A stretch of 32,000 nt of DNA from Nitrososphaera viennensis EN76 (GCF_000698785.1 NZ_CP007536.1:2190001-2222000), one strand, 5' to 3'. Numbered from the stretch's first letter, positions 22,685-31,386 are shown. Numbers and translations are program-made. Notes: generated by a model from the sequence alone, not told the origin.

Positions 22685-25025
22685 TTTTTGTTTCTCTCGG
22701 TAGACTGAAATAAAAACTAGAGCCCTTGCCCTCTTCGGTGTCGACCCATATCTGGCCGCCAAGGCCGGTGACTATGCCCTTTGATATCGCAAGCCCAAGG
22801 CCGGTCCCGCCGTGCTTGCGCTTCAGCGACGTATCGACCTGGTAGAATTTCTTGAACAGGAACCGTTGCTTGTCCTTTGGGATCCCCGGCCCGTTGTCCC
22901 TGACGCCAAAGACGATGCTACTACTACTGCTGCCATCGTCGCCGTCTCTTGCTTCCGCCGTGAGCTCTATCCTGCCTCCCACCTTGGGGACGAAATCGAC
23001 AGAGTTGTACAGGAGCGCGTTTAGCACCTGTATTATCCTCGTCTCGTCTGACCGCAGCTTCAGGCCCGGCTGCGCGCTCACCACGAACTCGATGTTGTTT
23101 TCCTTCATGACAAACTCCAGGTCGCGCTCGACGTTCCTTATCACGCGGTCCACGTCCACCTCTCCGATGTCGAACTTGAACTCGTTCAGCTCCAGCTTTT
23201 GAGCGTCAAGCATGTCGCTCACCATCTTTTCGAGCTTGACCGCGTTCTTTTCAATCGTGTCGACCGCGGCGCGCTGCTCTCCTGACAGCTTGCCCAGGAT
23301 GGTGTTTGACTTTAATGCGCCGCACCAGCCTATGATGGGGGTGAGCGGCGTCTTTAGCTCGTGCGACGCCATGCTCAGGAACTCGTCTTTCAGCTTGTCC
23401 TTGCGCCGGAGCTCCTCGTTTGTGATGTTCAGCTCTTCCACCTGCATCTTGATTATCTCGGCGTTTGCCCTGTCGCGCGCAAGCGCCTCGTTCAGGCGCT
23501 CCTCCGTGTTTTTCAGGTTGGTGATGTCGTTGTGTATTGCGATGTACTGCTTTGGCTGGCCGTCGTCGCCCAGAAACGGCACGATGGTGGTCTTGACCCA
23601 GTAGAAACTTCCGTCCTTGGCCCTGTTCTTTATCTCGCCTTCCCATATCTGGCCGGAGGAAATGGTCTTCCACATGTTCTCAAAAAACGCCGGCGGGTGG
23701 TGCCCCGACTTTAGGAGCCGGTGGTTCTGCCCTATGAGCTCCTGCTCTGAATATTTGGATATCTCGGCAAACCTGCTGTTCACCTTTGTTATCGTGCCGT
23801 CCCTGTCGGTCACGGCCACGATGGCAGTCGCGTCCAGCGCGTTTGTCATGTCTGTAAGCTCTTTTGTGCGGTCGCGCACCAGCCGGTTCAGGTTCATGTT
23901 GGTCTCAAGCACGCTCTTTCGCATCATGTCAAACTGCTCTGCAAGCCTGCCTATCTCGTCGCCAGACTCGACTTCAACCCTGTGGGTATAGTCGCCCCTT
24001 GAGATGTTGTCGGCGGCGTCCTTGAGACGCGTTATGGGCCTTGAGATGGTCTTTGCCACGTACAGGGCTATTGCGACTACCACGCCCGTGATTATGGCGC
24101 CTGCAATGAGGATGGCGTCGCGCAGCTGCGTTACGGGCCGGAATATCTCTGCCTCGTCGATCTCGGCAAGGAGCACGAACCCGAGGTCGCTGGCGCAGTA
24201 CGACGAGCCGACGATAGGGATGTTCCTGTAATCTGGATAGACCGCAAAAATCTCGGCGCCTTCGTCAAAGCACTTGTTGACCGCCAGGGTGTCGACTGTC
24301 GTGCGGAATGCGGCGTTTTCAATGAACCTTGACTCGGAAATGAGCGTCCTGTTGGCGTTTACAAGGTACACCTCGCCGGTCTCCCCAAGGCCCTCGCGGT
24401 TTAGCAGGATCTCGTCAAATTTTGCCACGTCCATTGTGGCCATCATGACGCCTATCGCCGGCGGCGTGCCTATCTGGCCGTTTTTGTATATCGGGACGGT
24501 GACTATGGCCTTGCGCTGGCCGTTGACCCGGTCAAATTCCAGGAAACTCTCGCTCATCCCGCGCAGAAACCGCCTGTCCTGCGACAGGTCTGCGCCTTCC
24601 TCTGACGGGTCGGACGAAAAGAGCACGCGACCGTCAACGCCCATCGCCTTGACGTTTTCAAGCCCCGCCGGGGTCCCGACGACCTGCTGAAAAGACTTGA
24701 TGCCTGCCGAAAAGTCGTCCCTGTACGCCTGCATCCTCTGGTCGCCTACCGCCGAGCTGTTCCGGTTCAGTTCCTCGACGGCATTCTGCAGCGCGCTGTT
24801 TGTGAACATCAGGCGTATCTGCTCTATCCTCGTGTCGACAAGCGAGCGTATGGCCGCGCCCCTGCCTGTGGACTCGCTTATCAGCTGGTCGCTGACTCTT
24901 TCGCGCAGCTGGTTGTCAGCAGAGATGAAGCTGATGAGGGCGACGGCAAAAAGGGTCGTTATCGAAAGAAAAAGGCTGACAAACGTGATCTTGGACCTGA
25001 TGCTCAGGAAAACGGGCTGGTGCAA
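22665..25025 (-). CDS. Sensor histidine kinase: TM, extracytoplasmic Cache-like region, TM, HAMP, PAS, coiled coil, HisKA, HATPase_c
   Basis: HAMP is SRPITRLKDAADNISRGDYTHRVEVESGDEIGRLAEQFDMM. PAS is AIVAVTDRDGTITKVNSRFAEISKYSEQELIGQNHRLL. The H-box is SMASHELKTPL. The G-boxes are VRDNGPGIP and GGTGLGLAISK. The start is a TTG. Confidence 0.9.
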   Translation of the reverse strand: MHQPVFLSIRSKITFVSLFLSITTLFAVALISFISADNQLRERVSDQLISESTGRGAAIRSLVDTRIEQIRLMFTNSALQNAVEELNRNSSAVGDQRMQAYRDDFSAGIKSFQQVVGTPAGLENVKAMGVDGRVLFSSDPSEEGADLSQDRRFLRGMSESFLEFDRVNGQRKAIVTVPIYKNGQIGTPPAIGVMMATMDVAKFDEILLNREGLGETGEVYLVNANRTLISESRFIENAAFRTTVDTLAVNKCFDEGAEIFAVYPDYRNIPIVGSSYCASDLGFVLLAEIDEAEIFRPVTQLRDAILIAGAIITGVVVAIALYVAKTISRPITRLKDAADNISRGDYTHRVEVESGDEIGRLAEQFDMMRKSVLETNMNLNRLVRDRTKELTDMTNALDATAIVAVTDRDGTITKVNSRFAEISKYSEQELIGQNHRLLKSGHHPPAFFENMWKTISSGQIWEGEIKNRAKDGSFYWVKTTIVPFLGDDGQPKQYIAIHNDITNLKNTEERLNEALARDRANAEIIKMQVEELNITNEELRRKDKLKDEFLSMASHELKTPLTPIIGWCGALKSNTILGKLSGEQRAAVDTIEKNAVKLEKMVSDMLDAQKLELNEFKFDIGEVDVDRVIRNVERDLEFVMKENNIEFVVSAQPGLKLRSDETRIIQVLNALLYNSVDFVPKVGGRIELTAEARDGDDGSSSSSIVFGVRDNGPGIPKDKQRFLFKKFYQVDTSLKRKHGGTGLGLAISKGIVTGLGGQIWVDTEEGKGSSFYFSLPRETKNENPHN

Positions 25026-25090
25026 GACGGGGTAGATCGCGCCTCCCGAGAAATAAAAACGATGTCAATGCTACTGCTGCTACTACTTCC

Positions 25091-27442
25091 TTACCTTCCA
25101 AGCATCCTTTTCACAAGCGACGTGGCGCGGTAGACTCCCGGGAGGCCAAAGTCCCTTGCGATCATGACGGGGCAGCGGAACCGCTTGAGCATCTGCAGCA
25201 TGTGCGGGCTGTCAAGGACGGAGAACCTGCCGATGCTGGCGCCCATGACCACGATGTCCGGCCTGTATGCGTCGATGGCAGAAAACACGCTTGCGGCAGA
25301 CTGCTGCACGCTTGCGGCCAGGTGCACCTCGGTCAGGTCGACTCCAAGCTGCGACAGGTAGTCGGGCTTCATGGCGACGCTTCCCTCCACAGCCTCTTCC
25401 TCCTTCTTGCTCACGGACACCAGGTTGACCTTGAACCTGCCAGAGTGCTCAAGCCAGCTCGTGATCTTCAGCACAAGGTTTGCGTGCGGCCCGCCGTCGT
25501 ATATCACCACCATGTTCTTCTTTTCATCCGCCGGCACGGCATGCAGCTCAAGGTCCGCCTCGACCTGCTCGCGCACCGGCTCCATTTCCAGCCCGTCGCT
25601 TTCTTCTGCCGCTATTGCCAGGATGTCGCAGGTGGCAAGGGTCAGCAGCTTTTTGTTCCTGCGCAGCGTCTCAAGGTCTGCTATCAGCAGGTTTATCTTT
25701 TGCTCCTCAATGGTGGCAAGCATCGCCTCTGTCGCGTCGTGCGATATCCTGACCAGGTAGTGGCTTGGCACGCCCCTTTTCTCAAACGCCTCCTCAAGCG
25801 GCTGGAACGCGCGCCGGGCGCTTTCCGCAAAGGCCGTGCCGGCGGAAAGCGGGGTCTGGTGAGGGACGGTGATTATGCGAAGCACGTTCACTTCTCCCCC
25901 TGTCTCCCTTGCTATCCTGGTCGCGTATTTCGCCAGCCTGTCGGGGTTTTCCGGGCTGTACATGAGAAGCACCCTGTAGCCGCGTCTCTCTTCTGCGCCC
26001 TGCTGCGTGACAACAGGCGCATAGTGCTCCACCTCCTTCTTGAACGTGTACATGCGGTACAGCACAAAGCCGACAAGTATCCACAGGATGGTGATGGCCC
26101 AGCTTAGTGGCTGCGTGACAAGAAGATAGATGGCAAGGCCAAGCTTCAGGATGATGCCTATGACAGGTATAACAGGAAAGAATGGTGTCTTGAAGCCATA
26201 GTCGAGCTTGTTGCCGTACATCCTGCGGATGGTGATGACAGAGACGTTGACCTGCGTGAAAAGGAGGAGGAATATCACGCCAGCCGCAAGGGCGATGTCG
26301 TTGAGCGGGAGCGCGTACGCCATGACGGCCATTATTATGCCTGAAACGATGGCGGCAACGTAAGGCGTCCTGTTCACGGGGTGTATCTCGCTGAGCTTGT
26401 GCGGCAGGTTGTAGTTCCTGCCCATCGCAAGGGCGACCCTTGCCGAAGAAAACGTGGTGGCGTTGAGCGCGGCAAGGGTGGACACGATGCCTCCTGCAAG
26501 GACGACAAACGCGCCGTACGGCATGAAAAGGTTGACAGCCCTGCTTATGCCAAGCTCGGCATCCTCGCCTCCTATGAACTTCCACGCCGGCGTGCCGTCG
26601 GGCGCCTTTGTCGCCGCAAGCGCCACAAAGGCCATCAGGCAGTACAGGGCGACTACGATTGCAAGCGAGATGAATATCGCCCGGGGTATGTTGCGCTTTG
26701 GGTTCTTGACCTCCTCGCCCGTCTGGACGATTATCTCGTAGCCCTCAAATGCTATGAACGTGAGGCCCATCGCCGCCACCATGCCGCTTATGCCCAGCGG
26801 CAGCAGCTGCTCTGAGAACCGCTGCTCCCATCCCGGGTTGTTAAGAATGCCCCACAGGCCAAATGCGATAATGGCCACGATTGCGCCCAGCTGCACCACC
26901 GTCACTATCGTGCCAGTTTTACCGGTTTCAGATGTGCCCTTGACGTTGATGTACGTAAACGCCGCTATCGAGGCCACGGCTATCAGCTTGTCGATGGGAA
27001 ATATTCCAAGGAGCGACTGCGACGAAAGCACCCCTGCCGCTTGGAGCAGGCTGTACGCAAACGCGCCAAAGCCCACGGAGTAGAGGCTCCCTGCGACAAT
27101 GTGTGCAAACCACGCCATCCAGCCGCTGATGAACGCGTTTGGCCTCGGCAGGCCCTCGCGTATCCACAAATAGCCTCCGCCGGCCTCCGGCAGAGCCGAG
27201 CCGAGCTCGGCGTACACCATGGCCGTGAAAAGCGTGATGATGCCGTTTATCACGAACGCGATTATCACTGCGCTGCCTGCAAGCCCTATGGCGGGCCCCG
27301 TGAGCACGAATATGGCGCCCCCTATCATGGCGGCTATTCCTACCATTATGACATCGGTCAGGCCAAGAGTGCGTACCAACTGGTGCTGTCCGTGAGCTTC
27401 AGCCGCAGCTGGCCGCTGCCCTCCGTCAGCCGGCTCAGACAA
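25091..27442 (-). CDS. APC-superfamily amino acid permease fused to two C-terminal universal stress protein (Usp) domains
   Basis: The N-terminus is LGLTDVIMVGIAAMIGGAIFVLTG with about 12 TM segments. Two Usp-like blocks follow (YRVLLMYSPENPDRL..., then MVVIYDGGPHANLV...IVVMGAS). The start is a TTG and is uncertain. Confidence 0.85.
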   Translation of the reverse strand: MSEPADGGQRPAAAEAHGQHQLVRTLGLTDVIMVGIAAMIGGAIFVLTGPAIGLAGSAVIIAFVINGIITLFTAMVYAELGSALPEAGGGYLWIREGLPRPNAFISGWMAWFAHIVAGSLYSVGFGAFAYSLLQAAGVLSSQSLLGIFPIDKLIAVASIAAFTYINVKGTSETGKTGTIVTVVQLGAIVAIIAFGLWGILNNPGWEQRFSEQLLPLGISGMVAAMGLTFIAFEGYEIIVQTGEEVKNPKRNIPRAIFISLAIVVALYCLMAFVALAATKAPDGTPAWKFIGGEDAELGISRAVNLFMPYGAFVVLAGGIVSTLAALNATTFSSARVALAMGRNYNLPHKLSEIHPVNRTPYVAAIVSGIIMAVMAYALPLNDIALAAGVIFLLLFTQVNVSVITIRRMYGNKLDYGFKTPFFPVIPVIGIILKLGLAIYLLVTQPLSWAITILWILVGFVLYRMYTFKKEVEHYAPVVTQQGAEERRGYRVLLMYSPENPDRLAKYATRIARETGGEVNVLRIITVPHQTPLSAGTAFAESARRAFQPLEEAFEKRGVPSHYLVRISHDATEAMLATIEEQKINLLIADLETLRRNKKLLTLATCDILAIAAEESDGLEMEPVREQVEADLELHAVPADEKKNMVVIYDGGPHANLVLKITSWLEHSGRFKVNLVSVSKKEEEAVEGSVAMKPDYLSQLGVDLTEVHLAASVQQSAASVFSAIDAYRPDIVVMGASIGRFSVLDSPHMLQMLKRFRCPVMIARDFGLPGVYRATSLVKRMLGR

Positions 27443-27543
27443 CTTAGCAGTGCACCCATGGGCTTGGGAAATAAACGTTTACACCCTGCACGTGGGGAGA
27501 GGGAGAAAAACGTTATCTCGGCGCCGAGCTCTAGGTAAGCTGT

Positions 27544-28668
27544 ATGGCGGCCGGCGCGGTACAGATGGTGAGGGGGCCTGCCACCGTGCGAGTCCTTGGC
27601 AGGTGCCATGTGCTTGGAATGGACGTGTCGCTGCGCACTATTGAAGTGCGGGCCGGAAAGGCGCTGCCGTTTGAGCCTGACGACACAGACTGCAAGCTTG
27701 ACGTGCAGGGCGAGTCGTGGACGGCTGACGCCAAGAATGCCGGAACCTGCATGTGGCAGGAAATCGCGGAAAACATCCTGTCGCTTGGCAATGCGACAGC
27801 AACAGCAGCAACAAAAACAGTGATGGTGGCCGGCGCCACGGACACGGGCAAGTCGACATTTTCAACCTACCTTGCAAACCTCGCTATTGGCCGCGGCGTG
27901 GCGCCCTGCATAGTTGACGGCGACATTGGCCAGGGCGACCTTGCGCCGCCGGCGGCCCTTGGCGCGGCAGTCCTTGGGGAGCAGGTTGTGGACCTGCGGG
28001 ACGCAAAGGCCGGCCTTTTCGAGTTCATTGGCGCCATAACGCCTGCCGGCACAGAAAAGCTGGTAGCGCAAAAGCTAAGGTCGCTTGCTGGCAGGATCAT
28101 GATGATGGTGATGCCGCCGGCGGTGGCGCCTACGGGCCTGAAAATAGTCAACACGGACGGCTATCCTGACCCTTTGTACAAGCGGATGCTTGCAGGCGCG
28201 GTTTCGCCCGACGTTGTCGTCTGCATGGGACAAGATGGCAGCAACAGCAACAGCAACTACCTTGCCCCCGCGCTCTCGGGCCGGTGGAAACTGATTGTGG
28301 CGCCTTCAAGCGCGCAAGCATCAAAAACGCATTCTGAAAGGGTGGGGCGCCGGATGGAGCAGTACACTAGGCACGTTGGGGCCGGGCTTGTCTCCAAGAG
28401 CGTCGGCGCGGCCCGCTTTCAGTACCGGGACAGGCCAGTTCAATGGAACACCATGCTTGCGCTTGGGCCGGAGGGGATGTTTGTGGCCCTTGGCTCGCGG
28501 CGCAGGATCGCCGGCTTTGGAGTGATAGAGTCGATGGACGGGCAACAGGTGTCCATAAGGACGGGCGTAAAGGACTTTTCTACAATCCGCGCAAGCGAGA
28601 TCCGGCTGCGCAAAAATCGCGAAGAAAGGATTACTCCCTTCTTTTTAGATCAAGCGCGGGGTCCCTGA
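27544..28668 (+). CDS. Clp1/Grc3-type polynucleotide 5'-hydroxyl kinase (archaeal Clp1 homolog)
   Basis: The P-loop is VMVAGATDTGKSTFSTYLAN, followed by CIVDGDIGQGD and IVNTDGY. It has an N-terminal beta-domain-like region (VRGPATVRVLGRCHVLG). Confidence 0.75.
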   Translation: MAAGAVQMVRGPATVRVLGRCHVLGMDVSLRTIEVRAGKALPFEPDDTDCKLDVQGESWTADAKNAGTCMWQEIAENILSLGNATATAATKTVMVAGATDTGKSTFSTYLANLAIGRGVAPCIVDGDIGQGDLAPPAALGAAVLGEQVVDLRDAKAGLFEFIGAITPAGTEKLVAQKLRSLAGRIMMMVMPPAVAPTGLKIVNTDGYPDPLYKRMLAGAVSPDVVVCMGQDGSNSNSNYLAPALSGRWKLIVAPSSAQASKTHSERVGRRMEQYTRHVGAGLVSKSVGAARFQYRDRPVQWNTMLALGPEGMFVALGSRRRIAGFGVIESMDGQQVSIRTGVKDFSTIRASEIRLRKNREERITPFFLDQARGP

Positions 28669-29290
28669 TGCCGAGGGCCGAAAACGCTTCCAGGCGCTGC
28701 ATGCACGCATAGCATTTTTCGCAGGGAAGCTCGCCTTCCCTGTGGCAGCTCCATGTCATCTCTATTGGGACATGCAGCCTGTGCGCAAGCGCGATGATGG
28801 CCTTTCTGTCCATCTCGGCCAGGGGGAGCACTATCTGGTACGGCCGGCCGTCGCACAGCAGGCAGCCTTCCGCAAAAAGCGAGTTCATCTTTTCGATGTA
28901 CGGCCTGGACGCGTCCTTGAAGAACGACACGTCGTGGCTGTTGTGGCCGCCCACTATCCACTTGGCGTTGAGGTATTCTGCATAGTGCGCCGCTATGGAG
29001 TAGAACATCATGTTTCTTGCCGGCACGTACGAGGCCCACCGCAGGTCGGAGCCCTTCTTTTCCTTCATCCTGCTGCCATTAAAGTCAGACGCCTCCTTTA
29101 CAAACGGCACGTCGACCTCTATGACCTGCACGCCGGCGTCCTCTGCAAGGAGGTGGGTGGCGCGCTTTTCCTTCTGGAGCCTGCCAAAATAGTTGAACGT
29201 GATTGCGGAAACTGCGAACCTTTCCCTGGCCCAGTAGAGGCAAGTGGCTGAATCCAGCCCGCCTGAGAGCATGACCAGGGCCTTGTCCAT
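28631..29290 (-). CDS. queC: 7-cyano-7-deazaguanine (preQ0) synthase
   Basis: The PP-loop is VMLSGGLDSATC. Other motifs are YVPARNMMF and the C-terminal zinc-cysteine cluster WSCHREGELPCEKCYACMQR. Confidence 0.9.
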   Translation of the reverse strand: MDKALVMLSGGLDSATCLYWARERFAVSAITFNYFGRLQKEKRATHLLAEDAGVQVIEVDVPFVKEASDFNGSRMKEKKGSDLRWASYVPARNMMFYSIAAHYAEYLNAKWIVGGHNSHDVSFFKDASRPYIEKMNSLFAEGCLLCDGRPYQIVLPLAEMDRKAIIALAHRLHVPIEMTWSCHREGELPCEKCYACMQRLEAFSALGIRDPALDLKRRE

Positions 29291-29300
29291 CTGCTATCTA

Positions 29301-30143
29301 CTAGCCCTTTCTCTCTTCTTCCTTCTTGACGCCGGCTATGATGTGCGCGCCCTTGTTGACGCCTTCGTAAATGTAGACTCCAAGCGCCTCCACGTTTGGG
29401 GGCATGCGTGGCGCAAGCAGCCTGATAATCTCTGTCGACAGGTTCTCGACCGTCGCCTCGCCAGGCATAAGCCACGTCGTCATCTTGGGCAGCTGCAAAT
29501 TGAAATATCCGCGCGGGCCCTGGAACGAGACGTAATAGTGCGTGTCATCCTCCTTTTCCAGGTACTTTTTGTTGATGAAGAACTTGTGGTCTATCATGTT
29601 GATGGTGTCCTTGATTATGCGCTTTGCCTCGCCAAAGTCGACTACCAGGTTGTTCTTCATGCTCCCGATTATCTCGACCATGACAGTCGACGTGTGGCCG
29701 TGCAGGACCGAGCACTTTTCCACGAGCGGGAGTATGTGCGCATAGTCAAACGCAAGCGACGGGTCCTCGATAAAGATGGAGCCTGTCTGCGTCCGCTCTG
29801 ACTCGTCGTAAAAGAACATAGAGTCAATCTCGTCCACCTTGCTGGAATACTTGGAGTGGCCTATCGCGACGATGTCAAGCGCCGGCATCTCCTCCTTTAT
29901 CTTGCGGAACTTGGCCGCGTCGGCTTCGGAATCGACGACCTCTATGTGCCTGCCGCTGCCTGTTACAAAATCCACGCGCACAACCGCGCCATCTGGCAGC
30001 GTCACGGCCTGGTCATACTTGTAGTCGTGACCCAGAAAGTCGAGCATCCGTGCGACTGACAGCTCGGCCCTGGTGCGCATTAGATTGCCCTTGCTGTCAA
30101 GGTAGCGCAGATCGCTGTTCAAAACGACCCGTTCGGTGGGCAT
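29301..30143 (-). CDS. queD: QueD/PTPS-family 6-carboxy-tetrahydropterin synthase with an extra ~125-aa N-terminal domain
   Basis: The C-terminal half has FDYAHILPLVEKCSVLHGHTSTVMVEI and VVDFGEAKRIIKDTINMIDHKFF. The N-terminal half (RTRAELSVARMLDFLGHDYKYD...VVRVDFV...HIEVVD) is not part of canonical QueD. Confidence 0.75.
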   Translation of the reverse strand: MPTERVVLNSDLRYLDSKGNLMRTRAELSVARMLDFLGHDYKYDQAVTLPDGAVVRVDFVTGSGRHIEVVDSEADAAKFRKIKEEMPALDIVAIGHSKYSSKVDEIDSMFFYDESERTQTGSIFIEDPSLAFDYAHILPLVEKCSVLHGHTSTVMVEIIGSMKNNLVVDFGEAKRIIKDTINMIDHKFFINKKYLEKEDDTHYYVSFQGPRGYFNLQLPKMTTWLMPGEATVENLSTEIIRLLAPRMPPNVEALGVYIYEGVNKGAHIIAGVKKEEERKG

Positions 30144-30274
30144 TAATTGGCTGTTTAACGTGAGCAGCTAAAGTCTATATAAATGGTATTTTTGTTGCCA
30201 CCCATTGATCCTTCTTCACGAATATCCAAACATAACTATTTTTAGGTACGTCTAGACACCAAACATACATCGTT

Positions 30275-30532
30275 TTGCACAATAACAACCAAAAGAACAC
30301 GGGATCTATACCCGGCGAGGATCTTTACAGGGCGATGAACAACCTGCGCAAGTCGCTCGGGACTTTGGTGGTGGATCTCCTGATAACGGACCTGCAGAGG
30401 CAGGGCATAACCTTTGCAGGGGGCGAGTCGTACTCTGTCAGGCAGATAGAAGGGGCGCTGCAAAAGACCTTTGGGCAGGATGGGGGCGAACTTTTGATGG
30501 ACATGGTCAGCAAGTCCTTGCAGGAACTGTGA
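30275..30532 (+). CDS. Small hypothetical protein, paralog family member C
   Basis: Residues SLGTLVVDLLITDLQRQGITFAGGESYSVRQIEGALQKTFGQDGGELLMDMV are colinear with member A. The ORF has a TTG start, and an alternative ATG lies at 30335. Confidence 0.5.
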   Translation: MHNNNQKNTGSIPGEDLYRAMNNLRKSLGTLVVDLLITDLQRQGITFAGGESYSVRQIEGALQKTFGQDGGELLMDMVSKSLQEL

Positions 30533-30584
30533 TTGATAAGGAGATTACCGTTTTATTCGGGGCCCGTGTTCCACCTGCTGTGCT

Positions 30585-31343
30585 ATGATGCTGCGGCAGC
30601 AGGAACTGGAGCGTGCCTTGCACGATGCAGTAAGGGCTGTCTTGCCGGAAAAAAATGTCGCAGTCGCGTTTTCCGGCGGGGTGGACAGCACGCTCTTGTC
30701 TGTCATCTGCCGCGACCTTGGCAAGCAGGTGACGCTTGTGACGGTGGGGTTTCCCGGCTCGCATGACATCTCCTTTTCAAAAGAAGTTGCGTCAAAGATC
30801 GGCCTGCCGCATAAAGTGGTCGAGCTTGACCGTCTTGATTTCAAAAAAGACCTCGCGCACGTCCTGCAGACCGTGACATGCGGCAACACCTCTCATGTCG
30901 AAAACTGCATCGCGTACTATTACATCGCGCAGGCTGCCGGCAAACTCGGCCTTTCGGTGGTGGCAAGCGCCAACGGCTGCGACGAGCTTTTCTGCGGCTA
31001 CAATGGCTACCGGGTAGTATATGACAAGGGCGAGCCTGCCATAATGGAGTACATGGAGTCCAAGATAAAAAACGAGCTTGTGCTGGTGCAGGAAATATCT
31101 GCCGTCGCAGCCGAGTTCTCGGTGCAGGTGCGCCAGCCCTTCCTTTCTGACGGATTTGTCGAGTTTGCAAAAAACAAGGTGCCCGTGGACCAAAAGATCA
31201 GGGGGGCAAATGACATGACACGAAAGCACGTCCTGCGCCAGGCCGCCCTTTCCCTGGGAGTGCCGGAAGAGTCGGCTCTCAAGCCAAAAAAGGCGCTGCA
31301 GTACGGCTCGCTCATACACAAGAACTACAAAGGCATCCGCTAG
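30585..31343 (+). CDS. Asparagine-synthase-like PP-loop ATP pyrophosphatase lacking a glutaminase domain
   Basis: The PP-loop is VAVAFSGGVDSTLL and the AsnB-type motif is ASANGCDELFCGYNGY. Only 252 aa, so there is no N-terminal Ntn-amidotransferase domain. Confidence 0.75.
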   Translation: MMLRQQELERALHDAVRAVLPEKNVAVAFSGGVDSTLLSVICRDLGKQVTLVTVGFPGSHDISFSKEVASKIGLPHKVVELDRLDFKKDLAHVLQTVTCGNTSHVENCIAYYYIAQAAGKLGLSVVASANGCDELFCGYNGYRVVYDKGEPAIMEYMESKIKNELVLVQEISAVAAEFSVQVRQPFLSDGFVEFAKNKVPVDQKIRGANDMTRKHVLRQAALSLGVPEESALKPKKALQYGSLIHKNYKGIR

Positions 31344-31386
31344 GGAAAAGATGAAATGAAAAAAAGCGTGGTCTAGAAAGAGACGC

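Noticed and set aside
25202-26107. 301-aa plus-strand ORF.
   Set aside because: It lies entirely antisense to the APC-Usp permease, has an Arg/His/Gly-rich product with no motifs, and is a typical shadow ORF.
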